A DNA stretch of 64,000 nt from Geopsychrobacteraceae bacterium. GTDB lineage: Bacteria > Desulfobacterota > Desulfuromonadia > Desulfuromonadales > Geopsychrobacteraceae. A model generated the notes under the pieces. It had not been told where the DNA came from, made no database searches, and was given only the letters and a program-made list of their open reading frames with translations. A program made the position numbers and the translations under genes. Shown one piece after another: positions 57,009 to 64,000 of the stretch (its first letter is position 1; each line of letters starts with the position of its first letter). The stretch covers positions 352,001-416,000 of the forward strand of contig CAXXTB010000001.1 of the NCBI GenBank assembly GCA_963676795.2, given 5' to 3'.

Positions 57009-57303
57009 GGTGATGCTGGGGCTGGTTCAATCGGACCAGTACACGCCTCAGGAACTGGAGATCATGAAGGAGCGGGCCTCGGCTCTCGGGCGGGTCGGTG
57101 ACCAGCTTGCAGCCGCGCTCAAAGCCTATGCCCAGGCTGAAACTGCGCAGGACAAAGACGAGCGTTGCGGGGAGGCGGCCTATCGGCTCTGGGCGCTGAT
57201 GGTTCAGCGTGAAGCACTGGGGCTGGCACTTGATAAACTCAGCTGGATTCGCAGCACTTACGCTGTTCCAGATGAGGTCTGGCAGAGTTATCTGCATATC
57301 TGA
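56992..57303 (+). CDS. Small helical protein, DUF6665-like
   Basis: EI..ERASALGR.G..L..AL ... AA..LW...VQRE..GL ... Y.VP.EV pattern, recalled from DUF6665. Overlaps the GATase stop. Confidence 0.6.
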   Translation: MSKAAEVMLGLVQSDQYTPQELEIMKERASALGRVGDQLAAALKAYAQAETAQDKDERCGEAAYRLWALMVQREALGLALDKLSWIRSTYAVPDEVWQSYLHI

Positions 57304-57397
57304 TGATTAGCGATCCGCTTTTATTATCAGAATTTTTTCCTATACTCAGACATGTTCTACGGAATTACAGAGTGGATAAATTTATTCTATTTGATAT

Positions 57398-57426
57398 TTG
57401 ACCCCTGTTCTTCAGGGGTATATAAA
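57398..57426 (+). promoter_or_regulatory. Sigma70-type promoter with an inverted repeat in the spacer
   Basis: TTGACC (57398-403), 17-nt spacer, TATAAA (57421-26). ACCCCTG-N5-CAGGGGT at 57401-57419. Confidence 0.6.
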
Positions 57427-57550
57427 AAGTTTCAGAGCAGATTCAAAGCACTGGTGCTTTTTGAAAATCAATTGATGCCGGGCAGCCCTTGAATAAAGGA
57501 GCCCGGCATTGCTTATTTAGACATAACAGCAAAAAACAAGAGGCCCGATT

Positions 57551-58447
57551 ATGACAAACCGACTTTCGCCACAGCTCAAAGCCTATCTGGCATTACTGGT
57601 TCTGGTCCTGATCTGGGGTTACAACTGGGTGGTCATGAAGACTGCGGTCATGTACGCCGGGCCAATCGATTTTGCCGCCCTGCGCCTGGTTTTGAGCGGG
57701 ATCTGTTTTTTTCTGCTGCTGCTCTGGTTCAAAAAGCCACTCAGACCGGCAGAAATCCGCAGCACCTTTTTCTCCGGGATATTTCAGCTCTCAGGCTTCT
57801 ACGGTCTTTCGGCCTGGGCCATGGTCAACGGCGGTGCCGGCAAGACGGCCGTGCTGGTCTACGGTATGCCCTTCTGGGTGATCCTGATGGCCTGGCCGGT
57901 GCTCGGCGAGAGGCTGAAGCGGTTTCAGTGGCTGAGTGTCGTTCTGGCGCTGGCCGGTCTGCTCTTTATTCTGGTGCCGCTGAATATGAGCGAAGGCCTG
58001 TTCAGTAAAGCGCTGGCGCTGTTCTCCGGGGTCAGCTGGGCGGTTGGTGTTATTGTTTCGAAGCGCTTTCAGAAAAAGGTCAAGGTTGACCTGCTCTCCT
58101 ATACCACCTGGCAGACCATCTTTGCCAGTATTCCGATTGTCATCATTGCCTTGCTCGCTCCGGGTGCTCCGATCCACTGGTCATGGACCTTTGTTGCCGC
58201 GCTGTTTTATTGCATCGTGCCGGGCAGCGTGCTGGCCTGGCTGATCTGGTTTTACTCGCTCAATCGTCTGACCGCGGGTTCGGTTGGCCTGGCGGCGCTT
58301 GGTGCCCCGATCATCGGTGTTCTGTCGGCCTGGCTCCAGATGGGGGAGCAGCCGGACGGGCTGGAGGCGATAGGGATCGTGCTGGTTATTATTGCCCTGG
58401 CGATCAATACCTTCGCAGCGTTGAAGGGCAGTGGTGGTAAAAACTGA
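57551..58447 (+). CDS. EamA/DMT-family transporter
   Basis: IWGYNW..MK, P..FAALR, LVYGMPFW, LGERL; about ten hydrophobic segments in two repeats. Confidence 0.93.
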   Translation: MTNRLSPQLKAYLALLVLVLIWGYNWVVMKTAVMYAGPIDFAALRLVLSGICFFLLLLWFKKPLRPAEIRSTFFSGIFQLSGFYGLSAWAMVNGGAGKTAVLVYGMPFWVILMAWPVLGERLKRFQWLSVVLALAGLLFILVPLNMSEGLFSKALALFSGVSWAVGVIVSKRFQKKVKVDLLSYTTWQTIFASIPIVIIALLAPGAPIHWSWTFVAALFYCIVPGSVLAWLIWFYSLNRLTAGSVGLAALGAPIIGVLSAWLQMGEQPDGLEAIGIVLVIIALAINTFAALKGSGGKN

Positions 58448-58503
58448 ACTTTTTCTGAGGTAAAACAGAAATCCGGAAGTTGGAAGGCAGTTTTGGAGTG
58501 AGA

Positions 58504-58740
58504 ATGAAATCGACAAAAATCCTGTTTATCTTTGGCGTCTGGTTGTGCGTCTATCCGCTGGTGACCATCATCCTGTTCTGTTACGGCCAGCTTGGCCTGA
58601 ATCTGCCCTTACCGGTTAAGACTCTGATCCTGACCCTGATCCTCGTGCCAATGATGGTTCTCTGGATTGTCCCTTTTGTCAGAAGCAGGACAGAAAGGAT
58701 GCGTCAGGTTCCTGTGGCGGAGAACCTGACGGAAAGTTAG
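58504..58740 (+). CDS. Small two-TM hypothetical protein
   Basis: GGAG RBS; W..VYPLVT ... TLILT.ILVP.M..W..P hydrophobic hairpin. Confidence 0.65.
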   Translation: MKSTKILFIFGVWLCVYPLVTIILFCYGQLGLNLPLPVKTLILTLILVPMMVLWIVPFVRSRTERMRQVPVAENLTES

Positions 58741-58765
58741 CATCGGTCAGTATTCCCCTTTAATA

Positions 58766-60850
<2,085 letters not shown>

Positions 60851-60922
60851 AGTTTCGCCTGTTCTCTTTGGTTTCAAGGTCCCGTTCGATGCAGCCGGGA
60901 TTCGTCGAGTGAAATCAAACTA

Positions 60923-61144
60923 CAAAACCGGCGGGTTCCGGCCCGCCAGCCGGGTTCATTTTCTTTGTGTCGACAAAGAAAACGGAACCAAAAGAAAGCG
61001 ACCCCGCTCCTTGCCCGCCTGCGGCGGGGTCCCTCCATTACGCAGTTGATTGCAGCGCAGAAAAAAACTCGCCTACGGCTCAAACAGTTTTTCTGCCTAT
61101 TGCTGCAATCGACAGCTCCATTCCGGCTGCGTCACAGGGGGAAC
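60923..61144 (+). repeat. Structured non-coding dispersed repeat, copy A
   Basis: Colinear with 63181-63393; multiple stems and two loop-to-downstream pairings that co-vary between the copies. Confidence 0.88.
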
Positions 61145-61187
61145 CTAAGATCCTGAAAAACTTTAGCCCCTGCTCGCTGGGCTCGCT

Positions 61188-61269
61188 TCCCCCCTATTTT
61201 ATAGGGGGGATTGAGGGGGGGGGTTCGGAGATTTTCCCTCACCCTGACCCTCTCCCCGAGGAGAGGGGA
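61188..61269. repeat. Back-to-back pair of BoxC-like pyrimidine/purine hairpin repeats
   Basis: TCCCCCCTAT-TTT-ATAGGGGGGA-TTGAGGGGGGGGG and CCCTCACCCTGACCCTCTCC-CCGA-GGAGAGGGGA. Confidence 0.78.
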
Positions 61270-61274
61270 AAATC

Positions 61275-62039
61275 CTAAGCCGTTGCATCCATCTTGCCCA
61301 GGTAGGCTTCGAGCACCAGCGGATTGCGCCGGACTTCGTCGGGGGTGCCGCTGGCGATGCATTTGCCGCTGTCGAGGACGACAACCTGATCGGCGATGGT
61401 CATGACCAGGTCCATATCATGTTCGACCAGCAGCATGGTCAGTCCTTCGCTGCGCAGGCGTTTCAGCTGTTCGCCGACCGCTGCGGTTTCGTCGGCGTTA
61501 AGGCCTGCGACCGGTTCGTCGAGGAGCAACAGGTGCGGGTTGCCGACGGTGGCGCGGGCCAGTTCGACGCGCTTCTTATCGCCGTAGGGGAGGGCGGTGG
61601 CCGGCCATTTCGCTTTGCCGCTCAGGGAAAAGCGGTCGAGGGCCTCGAGGGCGCGTAGTTTCAGCTGTCGTTCCCGGGTACGCAGGTAGGGCAGGCGCAG
61701 CATCGCCATCAGCATTGAGCTGCCCCCTTCGCAGCTCAAGCCGGTCAGTACGTTGTCAAGTACGGTCAGGCGCGGGAAGGTCTTCAGGTTCTGAAAGGTC
61801 CGGGCAATGCCGCTGCGTCTGATCAGATGTGGTGGCATTGCGGCGATATTTTCACCGCGGAAGAGGATCTCTCCCTCCGATGGCGGAATGACGCCGGTGA
61901 TGCAGTTGATCAGGGTGCTTTTGCCGGCACCGTTGGGTCCGATCAGGGCGGTCAACTTTCCTTCTGGCACTTCAACGCTGACGTTACTCAAGGCCGGCAG
62001 GCCGCCGAAATTCTTGCTGACATTATTCAGACGCAGCAT
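61275..62039 (-). CDS. HAAT ABC transporter ATP-binding protein (LivG-type)
   Basis: FGGL.AL, GPNGAGKST, ARTFQN, LPYG.KKRVELARA, LDEPVAG, VEHDM, EAYLG. Confidence 0.94.
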   Translation of the reverse strand: MLRLNNVSKNFGGLPALSNVSVEVPEGKLTALIGPNGAGKSTLINCITGVIPPSEGEILFRGENIAAMPPHLIRRSGIARTFQNLKTFPRLTVLDNVLTGLSCEGGSSMLMAMLRLPYLRTRERQLKLRALEALDRFSLSGKAKWPATALPYGDKKRVELARATVGNPHLLLLDEPVAGLNADETAAVGEQLKRLRSEGLTMLLVEHDMDLVMTIADQVVVLDSGKCIASGTPDEVRRNPLVLEAYLGKMDATA

Positions 62040-63024
62040 TTTTCTGTCTCCTCAATGTCAGTCTGATCTTGATGTTTTCGACCAGCCCGGTGATCAGCCC
62101 CTGAGGGAGGAAGATCAGGACCAGCACCAGAATACCGCCGTGGACAAAGTCCTTGTAGGTTTCGAAGGCATCCATCCATTCCGGCAGGATGGTCAGAAAA
62201 GCGGCGCCGAGCAGCGAGCCCCAGACCGAACCCATGCCGCCGATGACAACCATGATGGCGAATTCGGTCCCCTTGAAGATGTTGAAGGTGTCAGGGCTGA
62301 CAAACATGTAGGTGTGGGCGAACAGGCTGCCGGCGATTGAAGCAAAGACCGCCGAAAGGACAAAGACCTTGATTTTGGTTCGCGCGGTATCGACTCCGAG
62401 TGCCGCTGCTGCGGTCTGATCACCGGCCAGGGCCGCCATACCGCGGCCGACGCCACTGCGCACCAGGTTGAGGGACAGCAGCAGGCAGATCAGGGTGATG
62501 ATCCAGATCAGGTAATGGAGACGGACTTCATCATAAAATTCGAATTCGCCGATCGAGAGTGGCTGAATCCCGGCAAAACCACTGGGGCCTCCGGTCAGGC
62601 TGTCCCACTGCAGGGCGATGATATGAAAGACGAAGTTGAGTCCCAGGGTCGCCATGGCCAGGTAGTGACCGGAGAGGCGCAGGGCCGGTACCCCGATCAG
62701 CAGGGCAACAAAAGCGACAATGAAAGCGAGCAGGAGCATCGCCAGCCAGGGGGAAAGCTCATAGTTGACCGTCGCTATCGCCGAGCCGTAAGCACCGAGG
62801 CCGAAAAAGGCCGCATGGCCGAGGGAGATCTGCCCCGCATAGCCGATAAACAGGTTGAGCCCGAGTACGACGATGGCGTGGATGGCGATCAGGTTGGTGA
62901 CGCCGAGGGTATAGGGGTTGTCGGTGACCAGCGGCAGCAACAGGATAAAAACACAGAACAGCGCGACTGTCAGGCCGGTGCGGTGCAGTGAGATGAAATA
63001 GAATAGTTTCTGTTTGCTGGTCAT
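62023..63024 (-). CDS. HAAT ABC transporter permease (LivM-type)
   Basis: GLNL..GYAGQISLGHAAFFG.GAY, LRLSGHYLAMATL, TGGPSG, VIGGMGS..G. Confidence 0.94.
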   Translation of the reverse strand: MTSKQKLFYFISLHRTGLTVALFCVFILLLPLVTDNPYTLGVTNLIAIHAIVVLGLNLFIGYAGQISLGHAAFFGLGAYGSAIATVNYELSPWLAMLLLAFIVAFVALLIGVPALRLSGHYLAMATLGLNFVFHIIALQWDSLTGGPSGFAGIQPLSIGEFEFYDEVRLHYLIWIITLICLLLSLNLVRSGVGRGMAALAGDQTAAAALGVDTARTKIKVFVLSAVFASIAGSLFAHTYMFVSPDTFNIFKGTEFAIMVVIGGMGSVWGSLLGAAFLTILPEWMDAFETYKDFVHGGILVLVLIFLPQGLITGLVENIKIRLTLRRQKNAASE

Positions 63025-63044
63025 TACTGTTCCTGTTGCTATTT

Positions 63045-63152
63045 CCTTCTCCCATCGGGGAGAAGGTGCCCAACGGGCGGATGAGGGGAAAGTCTTTTGG
63101 CTTACCCCTCACCCGTCGCTACGCGCCACCCTCTCCCCCGATGGGAGAGGGG
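63045..63152. repeat. Back-to-back inverted pair of BoxC-like repeats
   Basis: CCTTCTCCC-ATCG-GGGAGAAGG-TGCCCAACGGGCGGATGAGGGG (63045-88) and CCCCTCACCCG...CCACCCTCTCCC-CCGAT-GGGAGAGGGG (63105-152). Confidence 0.8.
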
Positions 63153-63180
63153 ATATCTGAATTCAAAACTCTAAAAACTG

Positions 63181-63393
63181 CAAAAACCGGCGGGTCTCGT
63201 CCCGCCAGACGAGTTACTTTTCTGTTGCGGGACAGAAAAGTAACCAAAAGAGCCCGCCCCGCTCCTTGGCCTTACGGCTACCCTTCGTTACGCAGCTAAT
63301 TGCAGCGCAGAAAAAAACTCGCCTGCGGCTCAGACAGTTTTTCTGCTTTATGCTGCAATCAGCCACTGCACTCCGGCTGCGTCACAGGGGAAC
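63181..63393 (+). repeat. Structured non-coding dispersed repeat, copy B
   Basis: Shares AAAACCGGCGGG, CCCGCCAG, ACCAAAAGA, CCCCGCTCCTTG, TTACGCAG, TTGCAGCGCAGAAAAAAACTCGCCT, CAGTTTTTCTGC, TGCTGCAATC and TCCGGCTGCGTCACAGGGG with copy A. Confidence 0.88.
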
Positions 63394-63398
63394 GACAT

Positions 63399-63899
63399 TC
63401 AGAGTTCCAAGCCTTTGCGGAATGCCGCCAGATTCTGTTCGACGAACTTGGTCGGTGCCAGTTTTTTGATCGCTGCTTCGCACTCTTCGGCTTTGCAGAA
63501 GACCTTCTGCTGTTTGACCGCAACCCCGAGCAGGATCAGGTTCAACAAAACTGCATTGCCCATTTCTCTGGCGAATTTCGCCGCATCAGTTCTGATTCCG
63601 ACGCCTTCCTTGTTGCTGTTGATCACCAGCGTTGCGCCCTGCTTAAGCAGTGACTGGTGAACCGGCAGGTTGGCGTCCCACAGCAGCAGGCCTAAGTCAG
63701 CCTGGCCGGTGCGGATCAGCGGGCTGGCGAAGCATCCGACCTTGATGGTTGAGAGGACGGTGCCGCCGCGCTGGGCCATACCGTGGGTCTCCGAGGTCAT
63801 GACCGGGATACCGCGCTCGACGGCGACCTGGGCGATCACCCGGGTCAGAAAGAGGACTCCCTGGCCACCGATACCACTGACGATGATCTGCTGTTTCAT
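63399..63899 (-). CDS. iorB: Indolepyruvate:ferredoxin oxidoreductase beta subunit (2-oxoacid:acceptor oxidoreductase gamma-type)
   Basis: GIGGQGV, SETHGMAQRGGTV, SPLI..G.AD, N.ILLG, NL.AF..G. Start at 63899 overlaps the upstream stop (ATGA). Confidence 0.9.
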   Translation of the reverse strand: MKQQIIVSGIGGQGVLFLTRVIAQVAVERGIPVMTSETHGMAQRGGTVLSTIKVGCFASPLIRTGQADLGLLLWDANLPVHQSLLKQGATLVINSNKEGVGIRTDAAKFAREMGNAVLLNLILLGVAVKQQKVFCKAEECEAAIKKLAPTKFVEQNLAAFRKGLEL

Positions 63900-64000
63900 G
63901 GCTGCTCCTTCGGGACGATAGCGTTGACCGGACAGACCGGGATACAGCACCCGCAGGCGACGCAGCGGTCGTAGTCGACGACGGCGATACGCCGCTCTTT
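63896..64000 (-). CDS. iorA: C-terminal ferredoxin domain of the probable indolepyruvate:ferredoxin oxidoreductase alpha subunit (partial)
   Basis: Manual translation KERRIAVVDYDRCVACGCCIPVCPVNAIVPKEQP*: CxxCxxCxxxCP motif, coupled to iorB. Confidence 0.8.
   Translation of the reverse strand, partial: KERRIAVVDYDRCVACGCCIPVCPVNAIVPKEQP

Noticed and set aside
60923..63393. Composite transposon or CRISPR interpretation of the two direct repeats
   Set aside because: No transposase or cas gene, no terminal inverted repeats or target duplication, and no regular repeat-spacer periodicity.

Overview
Chromosomal replication-origin region of a deltaproteobacterium. Gene order and protein sequences suggest Desulfuromonadales (Geobacter/Desulfuromonas relatives); this placement is an inference. 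From left to right the window holds a partial TPR gene, gyrA-gyrB-recF-dnaN, a probably bipartite oriC flanking dnaA (DnaA boxes, DnaA-trios, AT cluster), rpmH-rnpA-yidD-yidC-mnmE, a perfect parS, mnmG-rsmG-parA-parB, a bactofilin gene and the b'-b-delta-alpha-gamma-beta-epsilon part of ATP synthase. Next come pckA, thiL, a Dif-like chemosensory cluster, lolA-yajQ-rimO-apbE and further housekeeping genes. An accessory region from about 43 kb contains transporters, an orphan acetylene-hydratase-like Mo/W enzyme with a FadR regulator and TRAP binding protein, hemerythrin/c-di-GMP genes and an ior/liv/paaK cluster. No rRNA, tRNA, CRISPR array or transposase was seen. The most notable observations are: (1) two diverged copies of a ~215-nt non-coding element with co-varying pseudoknots, each next to BoxC-like repeats; (2) an in-frame ABC-ATPase/aryl-CoA-ligase (LivF-PaaK) fusion with an internal ribosome-binding site; (3) the orphan Mo/W enzyme module; (4) a deep AT-rich well centred on oriC that runs through core genes; (5) a pyrimidine-to-purine skew switch located at parS.
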